Below are positions 17,212 to 25,256 of a stretch of 32,542 bases of DNA, one piece after another. Position numbers and translations under genes: made by a program. The stretch covers positions 1-32,542 of the forward strand of contig JAGVXW010000026.1 of assembly GCA_018303575.1 (NCBI GenBank), given 5' to 3'. Every line of letters starts with the position of its first letter. The stretch's first letter is position 1. The notes under the pieces are model-generated. The model worked only from the letters and a program-made list of their open reading frames with translations, made no database searches and was not told where the DNA came from. This DNA is from Candidatus Woesearchaeota archaeon. Lineage in GTDB: Archaea; Nanobdellota; Nanobdellia; Woesearchaeales; WJIZ01.

Positions 17212-17395
17212 TCTGGTCCTCTCTCCTGAATTCCGGCATCCCTGGAAAGGCTCCTCTCATAGACTTCATCGGTTTCTTGATTTTTGCGATCATCTCTTTA
17301 AGGGTCTCATCGAAATTCGATGCCCCATATTCCTCTTTCAAGCTCGAGAGCATGAAGTGGGTGTCCTCTTGAATAGCAATGGTGGTTGTTGCCAT
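17195..17395 (-). CDS. vapB: VapB-type antitoxin
   Basis: 66 aa, TTIAI strand-helix-helix, overlaps vapC. Confidence 0.8.
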   Translation of the reverse strand: MATTTIAIQEDTHFMLSSLKEEYGASNFDETLKEMIAKIKKPMKSMRGAFPGMPEFRREDQIDRFS

Positions 17396-17471
17396 ACTTC
17401 ATAGAATATAACTTATAATATATAAATCTTTCGCCAGTTGTTTTATATACTTCCTTTGACTTCTTCTTTAT

Positions 17472-17787
17472 GCGGGACAGGCACTTAGCTAACGGATGGA
17501 AACATCTGAGGAAAGTCCGCCCTCCCCTCGAAAGAGGACAAAGCCACCCTTTGGGATCCGGCAACGGATGGCAACCGCACAGAAACGAGACCCCCTCGGT
17601 CTAGGATGAGGCACGCGAAGGTTCCGGCAACGGAACTCAGTTAACCTGCCGACGTTGTCCGAGGAATGGCTAAAACGGCGAGCCCTGGCTGGAGCAAGTC
17701 ATTCGACGCTTAGTTCAATGCTAAGGAGGCCATCGAAGCACTCGCTTGGTAACGGGCCTTACAGAAGGCGGCTTATCCCTGTCCTGC
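17472..17787 (+). ncRNA. rnpB: Archaeal RNase P RNA
   Basis: P1 GCGGGACAGG/CCTGTCCTGC; GAGGAAAGTCC; ACAGAAAC; GGAGCAAG; ACAGAAGGCGGCTTAT; TTTTATATA upstream. Confidence 0.95.
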
Positions 17788-17834
17788 GCCTTTCTTTCAG
17801 AGGGTTTATAAGATAAAAAAGACTCCCGTCAGGC

Positions 17835-18896
17835 ATGCCTATTGAAGATGGAGGAGCGGCGGTAAGCTTCCGAAACGACAAGGACCTCTATAGCGCATAT
17901 CAGAGTGGGCGGGCTCCTGCTGGCGTGACCGCGATGCGGCTGTTTTCCGCGATCCACAACAAGGGAAGCCCGCAGGAAGCTTTGGAGTTCGCATTTGGGG
18001 CTGATGTCCTTCCCCTCTACCTTGCCATCTGGGAAGCGAGCGGCCTCAAGCTGGGGTTTGTCCCTGGGAACATAGTCTTTGCGCAATCGAGGGAGGGGCA
18101 GACACGATTCGGACCTCCAGAGATTCTCCGGGAGCGCGTGCGATTACGGATGGAAGCGCTCGCCCAGACGCCGAAGGAGCATGGGCAGCTTGCGGACGCG
18201 TATGTGCGGACCGGCCTTGAGCAAGAAGCTATTCCACACTACGAACGCGCGTTCAGATTACAGGATTGCGCCACGCTCGCAAGAAGGAAAGGAGATCTGC
18301 CTCTTGCCGCTGCCTACGCAAGAGATCATGCCCAGAATACAAGGCAGGAAGCGGACTATCGCTGGGCTGGGGGATTGGAGGAGGAGGCGGGGAATTTCGA
18401 CGGCGCCTGGGGACTGTACCATATGGGCATGGCACCGGTGGACGCGCTCCGCGCGAAAGCCAGAGCTCTCCATGCTTCGGGAAGGGCCGAGGATGCTGTC
18501 TCCGTCTATCGCGACGGCCTTAAGGCATTCGTGGCTGTCGGGATGGCCGAACATGATAAACAAACCAGGAACGTCCCTTGCAAGCTTAGGTCGTCAGTAC
18601 CCGGCGCCGAGGTGCTCACCTTCCTCCTTTGGCTCAGCGGCAAAGAGCCAGAACCGAAAGTGGAGAGGAGGACATGCCCTGACCTGGCTGAAATCGTGTA
18701 TCGTCTGATCTGGGGAGAGGCCGAGGTGGCGAGTAAGCATAGCCTTCCACAGGTATACGAGTTCCTTGCCGTGGAGTCACAGCGGTACCGGGAAGCGGCC
18801 AAGCGGACGAAGCGAAATCCGGTCGAAAAAATTCTTGATTGGATGCGGGAGCGGCTGGGGCTCAGGCATCCGCCGCTCTACGCCGTGGGGCGGTAG
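17835..18896 (+). CDS. Hypothetical protein with TPR-like repeats
   Basis: 353 aa; LADAYVRTGLEQEAIPHYERA and GRAEDAVSVYRDGL TPR-like helices. Confidence 0.7.
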   Translation: MPIEDGGAAVSFRNDKDLYSAYQSGRAPAGVTAMRLFSAIHNKGSPQEALEFAFGADVLPLYLAIWEASGLKLGFVPGNIVFAQSREGQTRFGPPEILRERVRLRMEALAQTPKEHGQLADAYVRTGLEQEAIPHYERAFRLQDCATLARRKGDLPLAAAYARDHAQNTRQEADYRWAGGLEEEAGNFDGAWGLYHMGMAPVDALRAKARALHASGRAEDAVSVYRDGLKAFVAVGMAEHDKQTRNVPCKLRSSVPGAEVLTFLLWLSGKEPEPKVERRTCPDLAEIVYRLIWGEAEVASKHSLPQVYEFLAVESQRYREAAKRTKRNPVEKILDWMRERLGLRHPPLYAVGR

Positions 18897-18927
18897 GTTT
18901 TTAAACATCTTGGGCTTTCTTTGGGGC

Positions 18928-19101
18928 ATGGCGCAGGACCGGGTGCAGATGCCGTCGGGCATGGGCGGGCTTGTCAGATATTTCGACGAGTACAAGAGCA
19001 AGATCGTCCTCAAGCCGGGGCATATCATCCTGCTGTGCGTCATCGTCATCCTCATCATGGCATTCTTATATATCTACGGCAATCGACTTCTCGGACTATG
19101 A
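18928..19101 (+). CDS. secG: Preprotein translocase Sec61beta/SecG subunit
   Basis: MPSGMGGLVRYFDEYKSKIVLKP followed by a single TM helix. Confidence 0.92.
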   Translation: MAQDRVQMPSGMGGLVRYFDEYKSKIVLKPGHIILLCVIVILIMAFLYIYGNRLLGL

Positions 19102-19431
19102 TTCCCGGCATGAACCCGCGGATGATGAAGCAGGCCATGAAGCGCATGGGCATGGAGCAGGACTGAAGTGATTATCCGCACTCCCGAGAAGGAGATTGTG
19201 TTTTCGCAGCCGAGCGTCGCGAAAGTGCAGATGATGGGGCAGGAATCGTGGCAGATCACGGGAGAGTATGAGGAAAGATCCCTTGAATCGGCCGTCGAGA
19301 TCAGCGAAGAGGATGTCAAGACTGTGATGGAACAGACGCATAAATCAGAAGAAGAGGCCAGGAAGGCGATTGAGAATCATAAGGGGGATTTGGCTGCGGC
19401 GATTCTGGAATTGTCTGGGAGTTCTGAATAA
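19098..19431 (+). pseudogene. nac: Nascent polypeptide-associated complex protein, frameshifted near 19163
   Basis: MIPGMNPRMMKQAMKRMGMEQD* continues in another frame as EVIIRTPEKEIVFSQPSV...EEDVKTVMEQT...GDLAAAIL (NAC plus UBA). Confidence 0.85.
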
Positions 19432-19456
19432 AAATAAGGAATAAAAAAGAAAAAAA

Positions 19457-19792
19457 TCACTTGCTCTTCGCGATCTCAAAGAGCGACTTAATCGCGACGA
19501 TGCCAGCCGCGGGGCCGACGAACGTCACGACATTCTGCAGCATGTTGCGCACGACTTCCATAGGCACGACCAGCGCGAGGCTTGAAGCGCTCACGACGAA
19601 CGCCACGGACGCGAGCAGGAAGTTGTGGGTCTCGTGGCCCGCGACATTGAGCAGCCCGACTACCAGCCCCAAGAACGCCAGGAGCCAAACAAGAGTAGGC
19701 CCCGCCGCGCTCACGAACCCGGCAATCACCGCAACCACAAGGCCGACGATAAACGCCCATCGGCCGATCAGTTCCATGTTCATTGCTGCCAT
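19457..19792 (-). CDS. Small 4-TM membrane protein
   Basis: 111 aa, hydrophobic; GGAGGTGA RBS. Confidence 0.85.
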   Translation of the reverse strand: MAAMNMELIGRWAFIVGLVVAVIAGFVSAAGPTLVWLLAFLGLVVGLLNVAGHETHNFLLASVAFVVSASSLALVVPMEVVRNMLQNVVTFVGPAAGIVAIKSLFEIAKSK

Positions 19793-19905
19793 ATGGCTTT
19801 CACCTCCAAAGCTTTGGCATGGCTTCTTGGGATTGCCGCTTATAAAAATATTGCCTTTTTTTCCCGCCGGATTTTCGCGTTTTCGCCTCTCTATATTTAT
19901 ATCCT

Positions 19906-19954
19906 ATACCGAAATTATTAAATACATATACCTTTTAGATACCTTTTTAATACC
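19906..19954 (+). promoter_or_regulatory. Phased ATACC direct repeats, putative operator
   Basis: ATACC at 19906, 19928, 19939, 19950 (11-bp phase). Confidence 0.5.
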
Positions 19955-19972
19955 TCTAGATGCAGGAAGCAC

Positions 19973-20110
19973 ATGAAAGTCGAGCTGACAGATGTTGACG
20001 AGGTTATAGACGCGCGCGTGGAGGGCTACAAGACGAGCACGCGCGTGAGCGTGCCGAAGAAGTACGCGAACAGGCGCGTAAAAATCGTCATCCTTAAAGA
20101 TGAAAGCTGA
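19973..20110 (+). CDS. 45-aa DUF2080/AbrB-like small protein
   Basis: Not in the track: MKVELTDVDEVIDARVEGYKTSTRVSVPKKYANRRVKIVILKDES. Confidence 0.75.
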   Translation: MKVELTDVDEVIDARVEGYKTSTRVSVPKKYANRRVKIVILKDES

Positions 20111-20429
20111 CTCCCATCTGGGCATCGCCGCGGAACTGCTAAAAACGTTCGCGCTCGTAGACGAGCCGAAGCTGCTGCTGGCTTGCGTCGAGGAAGTGCG
20201 GAAGGCGCTCCGGGCAGCGGGCATCCGTCCGGAACTGGCCAGGACGCTTGACCGCATCCTCTCAAAGCACCGGGAGAGCCCGATGGAGTTTTCACGGAGC
20301 GGGAAGCTGATTATAGCCGACGACAGATTCCTGCTGGAGACGCTGGACGGCGCCAAGATCGCGGCATTCATCGAAGAAGCACGGAGGGAAATCGGAACGC
20401 ATGGAAGAGAGCTACTTACAGGCCGTTGA
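20100..20429 (+). CDS. Hypothetical protein
   Basis: 109 aa, overlapping neighbours in an operon. Confidence 0.75.
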   Translation: MKADSHLGIAAELLKTFALVDEPKLLLACVEEVRKALRAAGIRPELARTLDRILSKHRESPMEFSRSGKLIIADDRFLLETLDGAKIAAFIEEARREIGTHGRELLTGR

Positions 20430-20856
20430 GGAGTTCAAGCGGCTGGACCATTTGTATTACGTTACCTTAAAATACACCCGTACCGTAGATGTGATCCGGG
20501 CGACGCTGGAGCGCATCATCTCGACGCACGAGCACGCGGTCGAGGCGCTGCTGAAATGCCTCAAGCAGGAGAAGAAGGTGACTGAGATTCCGGCGAGCCC
20601 GGTCGCAAGGGCGCAGCTGCTGATGCAGCATCTCTCCGACCCTCGCTTGGTGCAGTTCCTGGAGCTGTACCTCAAGCTCAGGGCAGTGATGCGGCAGCCC
20701 TATGAGAAAAAAGAGGAATACCGGAGGCATGTGACGATGATCGTGCAGTTCGAGGGCGAGACGCTGAATATCGACATCGACAAGCTCAAGGAATACTTTG
20801 ACAACACGGGCGAGCTGCTCAGGCATGTGAAGCAGCGCGTCCTGGAGTGCAAATGA
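20401..20856 (+). CDS. Hypothetical helical protein
   Basis: 151 aa, host-like codon usage, in an operon. Confidence 0.8.
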   Translation: MEESYLQAVEEFKRLDHLYYVTLKYTRTVDVIRATLERIISTHEHAVEALLKCLKQEKKVTEIPASPVARAQLLMQHLSDPRLVQFLELYLKLRAVMRQPYEKKEEYRRHVTMIVQFEGETLNIDIDKLKEYFDNTGELLRHVKQRVLECK

Positions 20857-21524
20857 CGCGCATCTTGCATATCACAGGCCACGCCGGAGCGGGCAAGAGC
20901 ATAGTGGCTGTCAACCTGGCCGCCGCGTTCCAGAAGCAGGGGAAGAAGACCTTCCTTGTTGACGGCAACCTCTATTCTCCTGCGGTGGCCCATTACTGCG
21001 GCATAGACTTCCAGACGTGCATCAATGATTATCTTGAGGGCAAGGCGACGCTTGAAGAGATTTCGCATTTACATTCGTCAGGGCTGACCATCCTTCCTGC
21101 TGCGCCCCAGGAGCACGAGGCGGATCTTGAGGCGCTCAACAAAGCTTTGCTTATGCTCACGGGCAGGGCGGACATCGTTGTTGTGGACAGCTTCTCCCAT
21201 GCGCCGCTGGTGGCGCACGTTATAGATGCTGCGGATGAGAGCGTCTTCGTCACGCATGACGATTTCCACAGCGTGCTCTCAAGCCGCGATCTTATCCGGC
21301 ATCTCGAGGCGAAAGGGGCAAATATTGTTGGAGTTGTGGTGAACAGGAAGCGGGCGAAGAGCAACAGCCGGCACATCCAGACGATCCTCGGAAAGACTAT
21401 CCTCGCGGAGCTCCCGCACGACGAGCGCATGGTCGACTACGCTGACGACGGCAAGATCGCCTGCCTGCACACGAAAGCGGGGGCCGCCGGGGCGCTGCTT
21501 GAGCTCGCGAAGACGATCGGATAG
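20853..21524 (+). CDS. minD: MinD/ParA family ATPase (divergent)
   Basis: GHAGAGKS Walker A, LVDGNL, DIVVVDS, GVVVNR, ELPHDE. Confidence 0.8.
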   Translation: MTRILHITGHAGAGKSIVAVNLAAAFQKQGKKTFLVDGNLYSPAVAHYCGIDFQTCINDYLEGKATLEEISHLHSSGLTILPAAPQEHEADLEALNKALLMLTGRADIVVVDSFSHAPLVAHVIDAADESVFVTHDDFHSVLSSRDLIRHLEAKGANIVGVVVNRKRAKSNSRHIQTILGKTILAELPHDERMVDYADDGKIACLHTKAGAAGALLELAKTIG

Positions 21525-21531
21525 GCTCACG

Positions 21532-21999
21532 ATGCACTGGAGCCAAAAAGAGGTGGAGAAGGCGGCGAAGATCGTCGCCCGCGCTGAGAAGAAAAAGAGC
21601 GGCTCGCTCCGGCTGCTTGACGAGACCGTGCATTGGCTGCTGCTGCTCGTCGTTCTTTTAGGAAACCTGATTCTTGCGGGATTCCTGGTCCTTGTGAGCG
21701 ACATTCTCGACGCTTTTTTCCTTACAACTGTCTTGATTTTGGGCCTCGCGTTCGGCTGGCTGGTCGAGATGCCCCTGCGCGATTTGGAGAAGCTGGACAA
21801 GCACAAGCATTTCCTGTCGCGAGTGCTGCTTCCCTTGCTCGCTCTTGTGAATGTCTATCTTATAATAGGCCTGAAGCGGATGGCCGAGATTTCTTTGGGC
21901 AAGACGCTCGAGTTCAACGCGCTTCTCGCCGGAATTGTCTATGGAGTTGCGTTCCTGATGCCGCATCTGTGGTACCATCTGAAGAAACGAGTTCAATAA
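21532..21999 (+). CDS. Membrane protein (about 4 TM)
   Basis: MHWSQKEVEKA followed by hydrophobic helices. Confidence 0.8.
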   Translation: MHWSQKEVEKAAKIVARAEKKKSGSLRLLDETVHWLLLLVVLLGNLILAGFLVLVSDILDAFFLTTVLILGLAFGWLVEMPLRDLEKLDKHKHFLSRVLLPLLALVNVYLIIGLKRMAEISLGKTLEFNALLAGIVYGVAFLMPHLWYHLKKRVQ

Positions 22000-22012
22000 A
22001 GCGAACGGAAAT

Positions 22013-22137
22013 AAAGAGGGTGGCTACCGGGATTCCCACGAGCTTTTTGCCAAAACCTCGGAAAATGCGCTTAAGTGGGGTTTTACAAACCCCACGAATC
22101 TGCAGAATAACTGAAAAAGAGGGTGGCTACCGGGATT
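22013..22137. mobile_element. Mini-element (81-bp core) between 22-bp duplications of the tRNA-His 3' end
   Basis: AAAGAGGGTGGCTACCGGGATT at 22013-22034 and 22116-22137; terminal motif 22040-22069 is shared with 25264-25294. Confidence 0.7.
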
Positions 22138-22217
22138 TGAACCCGGAATCACAGGATTGCTATGGCGCATCGCGCCGCCACAGTCCCGTATGTTGACCAG
22201 GTTACACCATAGCCACC
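22122..22217 (-). tRNA. tRNA-His(GTG) with encoded G-1 and a 20-nt intron at 37/38 (22158-22177)
   Basis: G-GTGGCTA/TAGCCAC-C; CGGGA-CT GTG G^A-TCCTG; BHB helix CTGT/ATAG. Confidence 0.95.
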
Positions 22218-22371
22218 ATGCCTTCTTGGATTCCCGGGCCGTATATAAAGATTGTTTTACCGAAACCGATGACCGGAGCATTTATAAACCTCTGGGAACT
22301 CCCGGAAAGCAGCAGCCCGAGTCTCTTTGAGGCGATCATAGGGTTTCGAGATGTTCTCGGCTGTCTCCATC

Positions 22372-22887
22372 ATGGCGAAAGAACTCAAATCGATCGTGCG
22401 CGTGGCCAACGTCGATTTCGACGGCATGAGGCCGGTGCACCATGAATTAACCAAGATTAAGGGAGTAGGGATGAACTACGCCCATCTTCTCTGCACAGTC
22501 ATCGGCATCAGCGACGGCAGGAAGGCGGGGGAGCTTTCCGAGCAGGAACTGGCGAAAATCGAGGACGCGCTGCAGAATCCAACTAAATACGGGGTTCCGG
22601 CATGGATGATGAACCGGCGGGCTGACCCGGAGACAGGGGCGAACGGCCATTTGTTTGGAGCAACACTGACATTCACGCGCGACAACGACATCAAGCTCAT
22701 GCGCAAGATACGTTCATATAAGGGCGTCCGGCACGGCCTTGGGTTGCCGGTGCGCGGACAGAGCACGAAGAGCAATTTCAGGAAGAACAAGGGAAAAGTG
22801 CAGGGCGTCATCAAGAAGAAGGAAGTGCCTGCTGCGGGAGCGGCAAAGGAAGCGCCCAAGGAAAAGCCGGAGAAGGGGAAGAAGTAA
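22372..22887 (+). CDS. rps13: 30S ribosomal protein S13
   Basis: LTKIKGVG, PAWMMNRR, IRSYKGVRHGLGLPVRGQST. Confidence 0.97.
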   Translation: MAKELKSIVRVANVDFDGMRPVHHELTKIKGVGMNYAHLLCTVIGISDGRKAGELSEQELAKIEDALQNPTKYGVPAWMMNRRADPETGANGHLFGATLTFTRDNDIKLMRKIRSYKGVRHGLGLPVRGQSTKSNFRKNKGKVQGVIKKKEVPAAGAAKEAPKEKPEKGKK

Positions 22888-23520
22888 ATGGGAGACCCGC
22901 GCAAGCTCAGGAAGCAGTACACCGCGCCCAGCCACCCCTGGGAGCGCGCCAGGATCGAGAAGGAGCGCGGCATCATGAAGAGCTACGCGCCCAAGAACAA
23001 GCTCGAGATCTGGAAGATGGACTCCATCGTGAAGAGCTGCAAGGACCAGGCGAAGAAGCTGTCCGCGCTGCGCACGAAGCAGGCCGAGAAGGAGCAGAAG
23101 CTTCTGCTTGACCGGCTATTCCGGATGGGCCTTATCGAGGAAAACTCTACTCTTGAGAATATCCTTACACTCAAGCTTGAAGATGTCATGGAGCGGAGGC
23201 TGCAGACGATGGTGATGAAGCGCGGCCTGGCACGCAGCATGACCCAAGCGAGACAATTTATCACGCACGGCCACATCCGTGTCGGAGATACGGTCATGAC
23301 CTCGCCTTCCTATCTCGTCAAACGGAGCGAGGAGGGTGCGATCTCCTTCCGGCCTGCGTCTAGGCTTTCGGATCCGGAGCACCCGGAGCGGAAGGCGGAG
23401 AAAAAGCCGAAGATTTCGAAAGCGCAGAAGGAAGCGGAGAGAAAGGCGGCTGAAACGAAGACTGAAGCCCCGAAGGTGGAGACAGCTGAAGCGCCTGTTG
23501 AAACGAAGGTGGAAGCATGA
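22888..23520 (+). CDS. rps4: 30S ribosomal protein S4
   Basis: [28 protein letters not shown]. Confidence 0.97.
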   Translation: MGDPRKLRKQYTAPSHPWERARIEKERGIMKSYAPKNKLEIWKMDSIVKSCKDQAKKLSALRTKQAEKEQKLLLDRLFRMGLIEENSTLENILTLKLEDVMERRLQTMVMKRGLARSMTQARQFITHGHIRVGDTVMTSPSYLVKRSEEGAISFRPASRLSDPEHPERKAEKKPKISKAQKEAERKAAETKTEAPKVETAEAPVETKVEA

Positions 23521-23909
23521 ATGAACTGCGATGGGGGATTGCGCACATCTATTCCTCTTATAATAACACGATCATCCATGTGACAGACATTTCCGGGACA
23601 GAGAGCATGGCCCGCACGTCCGGCGGGCAAGTCGTGAAGTCGGACAGGATGGAAAGCTCGCCGACAGCGGCGATGATCGCGGCGAAGAAGGCGGGCGAAA
23701 TCATCCGCGACAAGGGCATCACTGCCTTACACGTCAAGATTAAGGCGCCGGGCGGCCACAACGGGCCGAACAACCCGGGACCAGGAGCGCAGGCCGCGAT
23801 CCGGGCCTTCTCGCGTATGGGCTTCAGGATCGGCATCATCGAGGATGTCACGCCTCTCCCCCATGACGGATGCCGGAAGAAGGGCGGCAAGCGCGGCAGG
23901 AGGGTCTAA
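23517..23909 (+). CDS. rps11: 30S ribosomal protein S11
   Basis: [37 protein letters not shown]. Confidence 0.97.
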   Translation: MNELRWGIAHIYSSYNNTIIHVTDISGTESMARTSGGQVVKSDRMESSPTAAMIAAKKAGEIIRDKGITALHVKIKAPGGHNGPNNPGPGAQAAIRAFSRMGFRIGIIEDVTPLPHDGCRKKGGKRGRRV

Positions 23910-23910
23910 A

Positions 23911-24678
23911 ATGGATGTCTCTCTTTTTGAGAAAAGCAAGGATGGACTGACTGCTAAGCTGCTCATCCGGGGCACGACTCCCGCTTTCGTGAACGCGCTG
24001 CGCCGGGCCATCCTTGAGGAAGTGCCTACCTTCGCGATCGAGGACGTGGAGTTCAGGAAGAACAACTCCATTCTTTATGATGAGATTATCGCCCATAGAT
24101 TGGGGCTGATTCCGCTCAAGACAGACTTGAAAGGATACCGGATGCTCAAGCCAGGCGAGGAGCCCGGAAAGGCGCACCAAGTCACGTTTTCGCTCAAGAC
24201 CACCAAACAGGGCAATGTGGTTGCCGGGGACATGGACAGCACGGACAAGAGCGTCGTGCCTGTGTATCCTGACATGGTGATCACCAAGCTCCTGAAGGGG
24301 CAGAACATCGAGTTCGAGGCCGTGGCTGTGCTGGGCAAGGGCAAGGGGCACAGCAAGTGGTGCCCGGCGCACGTGTATTACTATAATGAGCCTAAGATTA
24401 CTGTGACTAATGACCCCAAGCTGCTCGAGGAGACGCGGAGCAAGTATCCGCCGCAGATCTTTGACGCTTCGGGCAAGATCGACAAGGCGCTCATCTCCAC
24501 TCCCCAGCTCATCGACGCCTGCGAGGGCGTGTCGAAGCTCGTCGAGATTGAGCGCAAGGACGACAGCTTCGTGTTTGTCGTCGAGTCCTGGGGCCAGCTC
24601 ACGCCGAAGCAGATTTTGGTCGAGGCGGTAGAGCAGCTGGACGCCCAGTTCGAGGATGTTGCGGGGCTGATGAAATAA
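23911..24678 (+). CDS. rpoD: DNA-directed RNA polymerase subunit D (Rpo3)
   Basis: NALRRAILEEVP, DEIIAHRLGLIPL, HSKW, VESWGQL. Confidence 0.96.
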   Translation: MDVSLFEKSKDGLTAKLLIRGTTPAFVNALRRAILEEVPTFAIEDVEFRKNNSILYDEIIAHRLGLIPLKTDLKGYRMLKPGEEPGKAHQVTFSLKTTKQGNVVAGDMDSTDKSVVPVYPDMVITKLLKGQNIEFEAVAVLGKGKGHSKWCPAHVYYYNEPKITVTNDPKLLEETRSKYPPQIFDASGKIDKALISTPQLIDACEGVSKLVEIERKDDSFVFVVESWGQLTPKQILVEAVEQLDAQFEDVAGLMK

Positions 24679-24733
24679 AGGAAACTGCGGTTTCCAGTAT
24701 CGCAAAATCCAAGCGGGATTTTGCGATGAAAAC

Positions 24734-24817
24734 GCGGGAGTGGCAGAGCGGTCAAATGCGCTAGGTTGAGGGCCTAGTCCCTTAGTGGGTGCGAGGGTTC
24801 GAACCCCTTCTCCCGCA
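24734..24817 (+). tRNA. tRNA-Leu(GAG)
   Basis: GCGGGAG/CTCCCGC; CTAGG-TT GAG GG-CCTAG; long variable arm; GGTTCGAACCC. Confidence 0.97.
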
Positions 24818-24895
24818 ACTGTTCCGGCAGTTGAGTGCGGAGTGGGGCGTGAAGCCCCACGCCAAACTCGCTGCACCCCAAAGGTTTGGAACATT
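24818..24895 (+). repeat. Diverged tRNA-3'-associated mini-element copy
   Basis: GTGGGGC-GTGAA-GCCCCAC-G-CCAAAC..GTTTGG-AAC parallels GTGCGGC-ATAAA-GCCGCAC-G-CCGGACA..TGTCCGG-AA at 6300-6352 (minus strand). Confidence 0.65.
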
Positions 24896-24914
24896 GAGGA
24901 CGGTCAAGAAGAAC

Positions 24915-25256
24915 ATGTCAAACGCGACGAATGAAGGACTGAGGCAGCTGATCGCAAAGCTGGAGGCTTCCGAGGCGAAGATTTTGCATGCGGTAGCTGA
25001 CGGCATCTCCAAGTCCACGCGGGCGCGGCGGGAAGTGAACCTGGGGCGCATCAACAAGAATACCCAAGATGGGGAGATGATCATCGTGCCCGGCAAGGTG
25101 CTGGGTGGCGGGGAAATCAACCATAAAGTGACAGTATACGCGCTGAAGTTCTCGCAAAGCGCGGCGGACAAGCTGAAGAAAACCGGCTCCAGCATCCAGA
25201 CGCTCGAGCAGCTTCCTGAGAAGCTGGCCGGCAAAAGAGTGAGGATCATTGGATGA
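24915..25256 (+). CDS. rpl18e: 50S ribosomal protein L18e
   Basis: RREVNLGRI, IVPGKVLGGG, FSQSA, VRIIG. Confidence 0.95.
   Translation: MSNATNEGLRQLIAKLEASEAKILHAVADGISKSTRARREVNLGRINKNTQDGEMIIVPGKVLGGGEINHKVTVYALKFSQSAADKLKKTGSSIQTLEQLPEKLAGKRVRIIG

Noticed and set aside
19160..19170. Programmed +1 frameshift in nac
   Set aside because: No recognisable slippery site, and residues appear missing, which favours a deletion or assembly error.
19157..19172. AGCAGGACTGAA(G/A)TGA match to 6691-6706
   Set aside because: Short single match with no shared context; likely chance.
24842..24862. IS200/IS605 or TnpB element suggested by the GAAGCCCCAC hairpin
   Set aside because: No tnpA/tnpB in the window, and that family does not create target duplications; kept only as a possible origin of the mini-elements.
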